Below are positions 29,670 to 41,912 of a DNA stretch of 64,000 bases, piece by piece. The position numbers were made by a program, and so were the translations under genes. Under the pieces are notes generated by a model. It was given only the letters and a program-made list of their open reading frames with translations, ran no database searches and had not been told where the DNA came from. Numbering within the stretch: the first letter of the stretch is position 1; each line of letters begins with the position of its first letter. Source of the DNA: Octopus sinensis (taxonomy: Eukaryota); the NCBI RefSeq assembly GCF_006345805.1, contig NC_042998.1:190712001-190776000 (forward strand). Direction: 5' to 3'.

Positions 29670-30087
29670 AGTAAGTATCTCCCATTCTATACTGTAATAT
29701 TATTCTAGTGTATATTACAAATTCAGTTTCAGAATATGTACCTCTACTTAGTGGCAAAGTCACAGTAACATGTACCTCAATCCAGTCACTGTAAGATATA
29801 CCTGATATCCACCTGTTCCATGTACCATAGTAGTTTCTTCATTACTGTTGATATTTATTCTATAGCATGTATAATTCTCATCATGTCCATAAGATGCAAT
29901 AAGATTTTTTCATAGGTACTTTATTACACGGTTACTATTATACCATTTTTATTATAGTAGTGGCATTATGTATACCTACCTTATACCTTATTCAGTAACA
30001 TATACATCTCATTTCACAGAAATATGTCTTTCATACACGCACACACTCACACATACACACACACACAGATACACTATATGTATATCC

Positions 30088-30208
<121 letters not shown>

Positions 30209-30235
30209 GTATATATATATGTATGTATATATGTA

Positions 30236-30277
<42 letters not shown>

Positions 30278-31678
30278 ATGATATGTGTGTCTGTGTATGT
30301 GTGTTTCTATGTGAAATATTGAAGTTTTCTCTCGGAAGATCTGTTTTATGATATATGAATAAAATAACAACATAGATATCAACATAACATCAACAAGAAT
30401 GTTAACAGATTTCACCACGCAAAAACATAAACAATTAATGAAGAATAATTTCAACATATTAACATAATGTTTTTTTCTTTTTACATAATTTCAATGTAAA
30501 GAAAAATATTTCTTGTATAACACAGATATTTTCTGGGCTTTGGTTTCTGCTACTGAAAAAAATTTTAAAAATCTGAACATTTTCTAGATTGATGGGAAGT
30601 AGTACTCAAGGTGGGTGTATGTCTGTGTATGCATTACGATGTTTGGGTGTATATGTATATACAAATACATTGTGTGCTTATATATACAAGTACATACATG
30701 CATACATACAGCCATACATGCATATATATATATGTATATATGTATATATATGTATGTATTAATGCAAACATGCATGTATATAACTGTATATTACAGTGTG
30801 AGAGTGTATATATATATATATAGATGTATATCACTGTGAATGTGTGTTGTTTGTAAATGAATTTAATTAGTTGGAACAGGGAAGAATCATTTAACTTAAT
30901 TAATAAGTATTAATTAGTATTAAAAGAGGTGGAGAAGTTTAAATTTACTTCCTAAAGAGATGTTTGAATTTATGAAATATAATAAACAATTAAAAAAGTT
31001 ATAATTGAAAACATGAACTTAAAGGATACATTCTAAATCTAAGTGTATATATGTGGTGTGTGTATGTGTGCATGTGTGTGTATATATATGTATGTATACA
31101 TACATGTGTGTATGTGCATGTATATGCATATGTGTGTGTGAGTGTGTATATATACATACATATATGTACATGCATATACACATACACACACATAAACATT
31201 CACATGTAAACATACACACAAACACACATATACACGCATATATAAATAAGAATATAATTGTTCATAGATATAAGCAAAATGCTTGTTTTTGTCTGAATGA
31301 TTTTATATACATATACATTATATACATATAACTATATATAACTCTGTATATATCCTTTATATTTATATATACATGCATGACTATTCATATACATATACAT
31401 ATACACACATACACACATATATATATACAGACATAGATATATATACGCATGTGTGTATATATATATATAAACACACACATACATATATATATATATATAC
31501 ATATATGTGTACATATATATATACATATTTACATACATATATATTCATATGTACATAGATATATGTACATATATTTGTATACATGCTTACATATATATTC
31601 TTATATGCATATATGTGTGTATATTTGATGCATATACATGCACATTGTATGTATATTTGTAAGACTGTGTGTGTGTGT

Positions 31679-31712
<34 letters not shown>

Positions 31713-33140
31713 CTAAGTTTATTTACATGAACGTGATGTATGTGAATATAGATATAGAACTTTATCTGTTAAGATTACATCACGCTAGGTTTCAAGAAAA
31801 AGAAAATTCAATGTTGGTGCTCTATAAATTGTGCTTGGATATTAGTTAATATTAGTTAGCATATTATAATGATAATTTTCAGTTATAATAATTAATTCTA
31901 TAGCTAAGTATAAGTAGGATTATTGCTGCTGGGTTTATTTTTATAATAATAATTATTATTATTTTTAATTTATTTAAATTATTATTACTGGATTGTAAAA
32001 GTGAGTATTGTACCATATAGTAAGATTACAACCATATACAATCCCCATGATTCTGACGTATAGAGCCTCAGAGAATGTGGATCAGTGAAGACCTCTTGTC
32101 ATTGTTCAAATAAACAAGCACAAGGAGAAGTAAATTTAGGGCAGAATCTTATTGCTAGTCAGATGGGGCTGCTGTGATATAAAGCAGGTGAGATGCTGCA
32201 ATCACATGTATCACTAATTATAAAAAAAAAAGAAAAAAAAGCCTTGAAGCTTTGGTATATTTTATGGTGCTCAGTTAAGATGTATTCTTATTTGCTGCTA
32301 GTTTACACATTCAAGATGTGTGTGTTTGATTAAGTGAGTAAGGTGGTTATGTGACTATGTAATTATGTGAGTATGTGATTATGTGAATTTGTGTGTGAGG
32401 GAGTATATCTCTGTGTTTTGTGTGTATGTGAGCAGACTGAGCTGGAAGAATGGACGGCCTAGAAATATATTCTCTTCTAACTTTCATAGTTTCATATTGT
32501 AAAAGATTTAATTTAATCAAATATTGTTCTAATTTTTTTCATGGAAGAAAATTAATATTCTTTTTTTTTTTTTGTAGTGGATGGGGGGAAAAGACTAAAA
32601 ATAAAACAACAACAGCAACAAAACAACAACCAATTGTAACTATAATTGGCTTCTTTTTGATACATTAAAAAAACTTTTTTTTAAAAAAAATGTAGGGGAA
32701 AATAGTAAATGAATGCATTAATGTTGTATGTTATTGAAATTCGTAAAAACATACTGCCACTGCCACAAACTTAAATATTCAATTACCTAAGTCATTTATA
32801 TTTATATACACACCCTTGCTTTTTCATATAAATATACACATACATTCATGCACATACACTCACACACATATGCATATTTATATATATACATATATATGTA
32901 TGTATTTACAGTATTAGATACATGTGCATAATTATAGAACAATATATACAAATAGTTTATATACATAGATATATGTATGGCTAAATCTGAAGTAAATATA
33001 TGTGCATTATCACATATATATGTAATATAAACATACACATAACTATCTACACGTATATCTATATATGTTGAAGTTATATGTATGTATGTATGTATGTATG
33101 TATGCATGTATGTATTTATGTATTTATGTATGTATGTATG

Positions 33141-33172
<32 letters not shown>

Positions 33173-33453
33173 TATATATTTGTTAACTCATACATATGCA
33201 CACATCTATGCATACACACACATGATAAATGCATGGTATATATAAATATGCATGTATGTATAAAGGAATATATAAATATGGGTGAATGTATGTGTATGTT
33301 GTGTAGATATTTATTATTAGTAATTTTATTATAACTATTATTAATATTCTTAAATATTTTGTCAATAAAAATTTATACTTCTCATTAATAAGGTTATAAA
33401 ATATAATTCTTTATTTTGGGTGCCAGTTAGACATGCTTGCAGAAAACTACTTA

Positions 33454-33508
<55 letters not shown>

Positions 33509-33605
33509 TATATATATATGCAGAGGTATACACCACATACATATATATGCATATATTATATATGTGTGTATATATATATATTTGTGTGTGTGTGTGTGTG
33601 TGTGT

Positions 33606-33656
<51 letters not shown>

Positions 33657-34779
33657 ATATATATATGCCTGTGTGTTTTCTGTGTTTTTTTTTGTATTAA
33701 TATTTTTAACTGAAGTGAAATATATCTATGTCCATGCAATGGCTACATGTTCATATCTACTGAGATAGCGTTTAGTAACAGATGATCATTAATAATAGGA
33801 ATTTGTTATTCATTATGCATATTTGCATGCATTTCTTTATAATGTATACATATATATGTCTAATATATATGTATATACACACATACACACACGCAATATG
33901 TATATATGAATGTGTGTGCATTTGTATGAGTTTATTTGGGAGTGAGACAGTTGAAACCAAATCTTAAACTAAGACAAAGAAAAAAAAATAGTCTTAATTC
34001 AATTATGAAATTAACTTCAAAATTGCAATTAAGATATCCTTTAAGATCGCTAATAATGTTGTTGTTTGTTGTAGCAGCAGCAGCAATACTAGTAGTAGTA
34101 GTAGTAGTAGCAGTAGTAATAGTAGTAAGAATAGTTGTTGTATGTATGGTGCTGGTATGTAATAGTGGTAGTGGTAGTAATAGTGGTAGTGGTAGTAATA
34201 GTAGTAGTAGTTGTTTGCATTATTTATAATTTCCCTACATTGCCCCATTATTGATTGAGTCAGAAACATGTAAAAAACATGATCTTTCTGTTGTGACTTC
34301 TCTTCAACACTTATGTTTGGTCTTGTACTATTTGTGCAATTGGTGTCCTTATAGTGTACTATACTGACCGTCATTACAGATAGGAAGTTTCTCTTTAAGA
34401 CCTAATGTTCTATCAGTGTATGTGTGTGTTCATGTTTGCTTATGTCTCAGTCACAGTGTTAATCTGATATATTTTACTGTTCATTTAATGCCTATTAACT
34501 TCCTTTCCATTTCACTTGCCTATTAATTATTCTCTTTCTCTAGACCTTAACATTCTTGTCCTGAGTAACCAACCAAATATTTGGCAGAATTTTTACTTGA
34601 TGATATTTTTATTACAAGAATAATATTCTACGTTTATGGTTTAATCAATCCAGTGAAGCAAATCAACTCTAGATTTTTTTTCCTAATCTGTTTTGTTTAT
34701 GTATGTATAAAGAGGAGAAAAGTGTTTACGTAGCTTCAGTTGCCAGTATCTTTATGGAATGAAGACTCACCCAGCCTTA

Positions 34780-34785
34780 TTTATT
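34780..34785 (-). promoter_or_regulatory. Candidate polyadenylation signal (AATAAA) of the innexin 3' UTR
   Basis: tttatt on the plus strand, about 330 nt downstream of the stop. The motif is common in AT-rich DNA. Confidence 0.3.
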
Positions 34786-35111
34786 TGAAATGGTTTCTTA
34801 ATCCTATGACTAAAGTTAATAAACAAAAATTTAACTTTCATTCTATTAATCTGTTAGTTTAAAACACTTTGGATGTTTTTTTAAATTTATTTTGGTATAG
34901 TTTTTTTGGGCTGTCCGCAGCTAGTTGTGTTGCCTTGGCAATACCCCAGCCGAATTTCGTTTGACTCGCGACATATCTGTTGTTGTCGCTGTCCTTTGAG
35001 TGCCCTTCCTGATAAAAGGACACCGTGTTCGGCCTCCACGGGCCATAGCAGGCGTAACAAACGTGAGTGTTGTTTGAGTTGAAGAAATTTGATAAGGTGC
35101 CTGACGGCTAG

Positions 35112-36315
35112 TCAGACGTTACTGTTGTCGTCGCTAATGGGGTTGGCGTGCCGAAAAAGTGGCTTGTTCCGGTAATGGTTCCACAGTTGAAGAACAAGCT
35201 CGGATACCAGCACGTCATTGGCGTTTTTGCCTACAAGTCTCAAAACAAATATCCCATCATGCCTTAAGTATTGATCCGCGAATTTCACCGCCATTTTTTT
35301 ATCCAGTTCTGTCTTGTAACATTCGTTCACTCTCAGGAACTTTTTCAGATATCTAATACGGTGTTGGCGGAATACCATTGCATAAAACCATATCAGAAAA
35401 TTGCCGGCACTAAAGGTTGAAACAAACACTAACCAGAACCAAATGAAAATAAAAATCTTCTCATTGAATAGGTTGATGGGTAGCACACACTGTACAGTGT
35501 ATTTATGAACATTTTGCATCTGGCGAATTTCAAAGTCACACATCGTCACACGTGGGAATCTAGGAGACTCCGTCCAGTCATCTCCATTGGCTAAGTGACT
35601 CAGGACTTCAAATCCGTACAGATTATAGTTTGTGCCTAAAAATTCATTCAAAATGAAAAGCTGGCCTACAGCATTTCCCATGTAAAAAATCTTGATAACC
35701 ATGTAGATAATAAAGAGGTAATTTCCATAGCGTTTCCCCCACACAATGCAACAGTATTTCGATAGAGTCTGGCGCATTCGTATGAGGCAGCCCGATCGAT
35801 ATTCCCTGGCGTTTTCAAGCCAGCGGTCCATATATCGGACTATATGTTTGATAGTTCTCTCTCGATCTTCAGGAGCCACAAATTGGGTGTCGGCTGCTAA
35901 CGTAACAATCTTATCCAGGTTTACGCCTCCGGAAGCACCAAGGATCCTCCACAATATACAAGGAACTTTAAATAACAAGGCTTGGAAGAGAAGGATCATG
36001 GGAACCCATTGATAATATCCGATCTCCTTTTGCTGTTTTCCCTCCCGGTGCAAAGGTATTCGCTCCTCGAAAGGAACGTAGTACGTGTTTGATATCCAAC
36101 ACACGTTATTGGCATAATCCCTGTGTCCGGAAGTAAACTGTGCAGGACACCAGCAGTGAATCGGTTCCCCAACATACTGCTTGGTGCTCACAACAATTGT
36201 GAAAATAATAAATATTATTGTCGTGTAAAGGTGATTTAACCGGTCGATCCAGTCATCGTCGTAGCGCCCTTTCAAGCGAGCATAAGTTGCAAAACTTCCC
36301 AACACACTGTCCAGC
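35112..36315 (-). CDS. inx: Innexin (invertebrate gap-junction/hemichannel subunit, UNC-9-like); main coding exon
   Basis: The 397-aa ORF has the innexin hallmarks DDDWIDRLNHLYT, HCWCP...VCW (EL1 cysteines), YYQWVP, FPRVTMCDF...QCVLPINLFNEKIF (EL2) and four hydrophobic TM segments. It ends in TGA at 35114-35112. The ORF-track start is only a GTG. A polypyrimidine tract plus CAG acceptor (AG at 36317-36316) opens the exon at 36315 in phase 2: G|CTG GAC AGT GTG = (x)LDSVLGSF. Confidence 0.96.
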
Positions 36316-36415
36316 CTGGAAAAGAAAAAAAAAGAGATATTAGTTTTCTATGTCTTACTGGATTTCCACATATATTACACAATTTAAAAAAATATTAAAA
36401 TAAAAATGATATATT

Positions 36416-36700
36416 AAACAATTGCAGCGTGGAAGGTGTTTATAAGCCATTTAAGAAACACACAAAAGCCGTTCGATTCACTTCAACATTTAAGTTTAAT
36501 TTGTCAAAATATTTTCGTCGCTAAAATCCGCGACCTGTTCACTGACAAAGTCCGTGCTGCACGGACTTTGTCAGTGAACAGGTCGCGGATTTTAGCGACG
36601 AAAATATTTTGACAAATTAAACTTAAATGTTGAAGTGAATCGAACGGCTTTTGTGTGTTTCTTAAATGGCTTATAAACACCTTCCACGCTGCAATTGTTT
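36416..36700. repeat. Perfect 285-bp palindrome (142-bp arms, 1-nt centre at 36558), probably head-to-head termini of a Penelope-like element
   Basis: 36416-36557 is the exact reverse complement of 36559-36700 (checked by eye). The right arm continues into further repeat-like sequence to about 36760. Confidence 0.93.
36567..36616 (+). ncRNA. Minimal hammerhead-ribozyme-like motif, G3-C8 core variant (mirror copy at 36500-36549, minus strand)
   Basis: The fold is stem I TTTGTCA/TGACAAA, core GTGAACA plus one G, stem II GTCGC/GCGAC, GAAA, palindromic AATATT in place of stem III, and a UUU cleavage triplet. Confidence 0.65.
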
Positions 36701-36899
36701 TCGTTTCAGCACACGATCTCAGATCAAATTACTTGCTATGCGAGTACATCTCCGTGATATATTAAAGATGTACACTTATTTCTTCATTACAATTATTGTT
36801 CGTAAAAATCACATGCAAAAACATTTAAACGAAATACGTACATAATATCAGTTGAGGAACAAATACATAAATATATTAATCAAACTATGCAGTATTAGA

Positions 36900-37083
36900 G
36901 ATCCATTACAGCCGATCATTTTCGCACTGGATATTAAATAACTGGACAGGTAGGTATCTAATACACGTTCTCTTCAGAGGCGGCAAGTATGGAAAAAATC
37001 CCACGATTCTTGGTTATTTGATAACCGCTCAGTTATCCAATAACCCGTGCGAAATCGATTAGTAAGCTCGGCTGTAATGAATC
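36900..37083. mobile_element. Possible small MITE
   Basis: The terminal inverted repeats gatccattacagccga and tcggctgtaatgaatc match at 15 of 16 positions. Confidence 0.4.
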
Positions 37084-37436
37084 TAAAATACTATATACTT
37101 TGACTAATATACCAACTATGTTGCCAAATATATGAGTGCCTATATTTTCTGATTTATGGATTCTTAGACAACGAAGAGATATATATATAGTTTCACGTGT
37201 CTATTAAACAGAATGTAATTGGTATGTATGATATTGAAATTATATTGGGAGTAGTATTAAATTACATTTAAATTTTAACGGAACAACAAATTCAGATGAC
37301 GAAATTGTTTGACTATATAGAGATTGAAAGCAAATTTGGGAAGGCGAACTCAGTGAGTCTTTGCTCGTTTCTACCATAAGAATACATTCAGGTTCACTCT
37401 CACACTATCTGCTCAGGCTCAAGTACTCATACTCAC

Positions 37437-37471
37437 GATTTCCATATGTGTAAGTCTAAATATGCCAACAT
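37437..37471 (-). CDS. Candidate first coding exon of the innexin (MLAYLDLHIWK/S)
   Basis: The minus strand reads ATG TTG GCA TAT TTA GAC TTA CAC ATA TGG AAA TC followed by a consensus GTGAGT donor. The 35 nt give phase 2, matching the acceptor at 36315 and predicting MLAYLDLHIWKSLDSVLGSF. There is no transcript evidence. Confidence 0.4.
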
Positions 37472-38259
37472 GCACGAGTGGGTCTGATGGTATGTATGCA
37501 TGAAATGTTAAAAAATATTTAAAACAATAATTTGAATTATGCAATAGAAGTAACTCTAGAGTTAAACTTTATCTATATGACATATGTAATGTATGTGTGT
37601 CGTTGAAGAACCAGAAGCTAAAGTATTCGTCCGAGACAAAAAAATAATCTCCCTATAGACATAGTTAATAAAGCAAAATATTCTTCAGAGCTACTCGAAA
37701 CGAAATCGTCTAGGAAGTGATTGCAAGAACGACAGATGTGCACTTCGCCGTTATTACGGTTTGTCAATATCACGTCGTCGCGTCACTGAAGGTTTGATTA
37801 ATTTATATTCATGGATTTTCTGAAGGATGGTGTAGACAAAATAATATGGTTTATTTGAGAAGGTGGAGTTTTTCTTAAAATATCTAGAAATACACTAAAG
37901 TGTAAAACAGATAACAATGCGTGCTATTAAAAGTATTTCGTTATCGGTGTACATTAAAAGGTTAAAGAGGGGTTTATAAATTTCATGTCTGAATGAAGAA
38001 GTTTTTCTCAACTGTCTATTTTCTTGGCAAAAGAATTTCGTTATTTCTGCTGTGCACGAGTTATGCTAATATAACATATACGCCACATAAGTTATATAGC
38101 TTTTCTTATATTTCCATTTTATGACTCAGGTCTCGAGAGGATAATCCGTTTTATATAATATTACTCATTTTCGTTTTTCAGCTTCTAATGCAGATAATGA
38201 GGTGAATTTACATCTATTCATATTTCTGAATGTAAGCAGGTGCTGGGTACGCACACACG

Positions 38260-38347
<88 letters not shown>

Positions 38348-39137
38348 CAGACAGACAGACACACACACACAAACACACATATGCACGCACACAGTCATAT
38401 ATCTACATACACCCATTCTATATATAAATATATATACAGATAGATATAGATATAGATATAGATATATACACATACATACAGACACACACATGCATGAATT
38501 CACATACACATATACGCACACTCACAAATACACATATATACACGCACACATTCATATATCTACATACACCCAATATATATATATACATATATATATAAGA
38601 ATACACACACTCAAGTACAGAATTATTGACATATAATTATAGATAGATACCACAAACACTATAAGTATTGATCAGGTCTGGTTTTGGCATCTTTTGTTTA
38701 TGAAAGTGGTTTTAAGAATCACACGCTTTCTCACCGAACCAATACATGGTCTTTGATTCACGTCTACTAAGAATTCATTGTCTTATAAAATGGCAAGTTA
38801 AGGAGGTTGAGAAGGATGAAGAGTAGGAGAAGAATGATGAAATGGAAAAAAAAATGAAAAATTATAAAAAAAGGACAGACCAAAAGAGAGAAGAAAAAAA
38901 TATAAGAAGAAAAGAATTCATTAATAATTTTGATCAATTCTTTATTTTTGTACATCTGCTACAGAAAACTGTTTTCGGAACTAAATTTGAAATACAATCA
39001 GACTCAATTTACTATCAATTGGAATAATTGTGTCGGGTTTAAATCGCTTAGAATATATAGTTTAGCATGCACACAGACACATACACACATACATACATAC
39101 ATACATACATACATACATACATACATACATACATACA

Positions 39138-39170
<33 letters not shown>

Positions 39171-39537
39171 GTGTGTGTGTTATGATTTTATAGGTAGTCT
39201 TCAGGAGATCATTTTAAATAAGAAATTTGATAAGAATAAACTAGAATTTAAAGAAACCGAATCACTCTTCTCACTATTTAGATATCTGATTTCATTCACC
39301 TTTTATTCTTTACTTTTGTTTTCATTATCTTTCCCGTCTTTGCTTTCAATTGATAATTTTGTTATATGTATCCGATATTATAAGCTTTTTTTTCTCTCTC
39401 AACATCTCACTTTCTTTTAATTGATCAGTTTCTTCTAGTTGCTTTCAATCACGTTTTCACATTCCCCCCGCTTTTTTTTCTTCTAGTCACATAATTACAT
39501 TAGCAAAACCAGACAAAAAAAAAACAATAAGTATATA

Positions 39538-39575
<38 letters not shown>

Positions 39576-40149
39576 CTAACAACAATAATAAACATTTATA
39601 CAAGGACAAAAAAAACAGCAACTAGAAAACAAAATTGGGAGGACAAAAAGAAGTTGAAAAAACTAGTCCTATTGATTCACAGATTCGATAGAACATTTGG
39701 AACACTTAAAACCCAGACTATAAAATGTAACAACAACAATATTTAAAGGCTGCTGTGTCGTTGTTGTTGTTATTGCTACTGTTGTTTTATTGTTGAGGTT
39801 GTTGCTGTTGAAGTTGTTGTTGAGATTCTTGTTGAGAGTTGGCCAACTCTTTTTAGGTTTGACCAAAGACATAGAAATAGGCGATCAACAAATCTCTCGA
39901 TCGATATTTTAGACGTCGCTGTCCTGTCACCCTTCTGCCGTTTTGGATTCTGTCACTGCTTAGCTCCAGATCAGGAGTGATTTTACAATCTTTGATGCCA
40001 TACTTGATCGAATCATACTTGGCCGTTACTATCACATTTTCTTGTAAATTATTTTTATTATTACTCTTTAGCTCCAGGTCTGGTTTGATCCTGCTCCCAA
40101 AGACGTTTCAGCCATGACGAAACTATCTTTTATTATCGCCTCTAGCGAA

Positions 40150-40690
40150 AGCACATCCTTACAATAACTGCGATCACATCCCGAATTCTGGTCCTTCTCT
40201 TCAGGGACAGGGACCAGAAAATATTTCAGCCATTAGCAGCTGCTGACATTTTACAAGAGTCAAGTAAGGCTTACAGTGGAGTACTGCTTCTACATTTGGG
40301 ATGGTACTATTGCTACACATCTTGAATCGCATCCAGTTTGTGATTGAAAGCAGTTAGTCGAGTAGACGAAGGGCTACCCGACTAAGTGGTTTCAATCACG
40401 CTTCAGCTTCTGACTGACCCTTTTCTATCACGGTTACAATGGTCTCTATTCATCGGAGCTTACTAGTTTCGTACTCGCAACTTTCGGGCACTTTAATCCT
40501 ACTCGTCTTTCCAGATATCATCACTCTTGATATGTCCAGCCCCGACCAACCTCGCCTTAACCATTATACCAAGTCCCTTCACCATAGAACATTAGCCCTC
40601 TAGAATATTCTCACTGTTCATGTCTTTTCTACAGGTGTCGACAGGCCAACTGTTCAAACGGGATATTAATCCATCAAGTCTCCCAGTCTC
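40150..40690 (+). mobile_element. Decayed CR1/L2/Jockey-group LINE 3' fragment
   Basis: The frameshifted peptide KYFSH*QLLTFYKSQVRLTVEYCFYIWDG...LFYHGYNGLYSSEL...LFKRDIN resembles the post-RT region of this group. Confidence 0.7.
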
Positions 40691-41276
40691 GGGGAGCCAA
40701 AAATAATGGCCAATGTCTCTTTCTTCAAACTCAACGATTAAAAACTAAGCATTCACAGATAATCGGATGTTAGACACCGGGAAAAACTTTGCAGCACAGG
40801 AAGGAAAACCATCAAGATGAGAGAATATTTATGCAAATGCTATAAATTGCAGTCATGTCCTACAGTCTTAAAAAAAGACGAATAAAGACAGCAATCTAGA
40901 CAATTTTGTCCGGGACCACTGATGATAAAGTTTATAATGACAGCTGTGACAAACCACGTGTATTTTGGTAGCCTACGATATATACTTTGTGAAAACGTTC
41001 TCTCTCCAATATCGTTTTATAGTTTATTTATAAGAATTTGTCTAAAACTAAAATACATGTTTTCACGAAAGTAGCACTGCAAGAAAACTACTACTGAAGA
41101 AATTAAAAAATTCCATACGTCACTGGCCCTTGATACACTATACCAGAAAAAAAATAGACGGGTTGTTCACGGATAGAATGCCCTTCATCAAAAGGACGAC
41201 GAAGACTACGACGACGACAACCGCCGCCGCCGCCGCCGCTGCCGCCGCCGCTACCACCACCACCACCACCACCACC

Positions 41277-41308
<32 letters not shown>

Positions 41309-41611
41309 AGACAGTAGCTGTAGTAAAAAGAACATGCAATCGATATTTTCAGCATTTACTGGAATCAATAGAGTAAATAGAGAGATAAAAAGACTGATTG
41401 AATAAATAACCTTTTTTTTTATGAGTAAAAATAAGAACAATGAATAATATAATAACCGAATTTTTGGCAGGGTTGAAGACAAGTTTACAATGATAAACCT
41501 CAAAAATCGTTGCCCAACCAGTCGAGGGGGTATGTAAATGTGTTAATAACGAGACGGAGACCGACGTCCCAGGTTAAACCGGATTTAAGATGGTTATAAC
41601 ACACACACATT

Positions 41612-41684
<73 letters not shown>

Positions 41685-41912
41685 ATTCATACACAAACGT
41701 GTGCGTACGCATGCCACCACTAACAAACGGAAGAAACCTCTAAGTGGTTGCTAGTCATGGTAGAAATATTGTGCTCCGATATGGCCGCAGTCGAATGATT
41801 GAAACAAGTAAAAGAATGTATGTATGTATGTATGTATGTATGTATGTATGTATGTATGCATGCATGCATGTATGTATGTATGTATGTATTTATGTATATG
41901 AAATGTGTGTGT

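Noticed and set aside
35159-36012. Plus-strand ORFs overlapping the innexin
   Set aside because: Antisense shadows of a GC-richer coding exon.
36303-36305. Innexin start codon given by the ORF track
   Set aside because: It is a GTG within an exon that begins at a strong splice acceptor 10 nt upstream, so the true start lies in another exon.
37680-37705. gag-cta-ctc-gaaacg hairpin resembling a hammerhead stem II
   Set aside because: There is no UGAN-type core upstream and no stem I.
38730-38750. Minus-strand ATG TAT TGG TTC G|GTGAGA mini-exon
   Set aside because: It is phase 1 and incompatible with the innexin acceptor.
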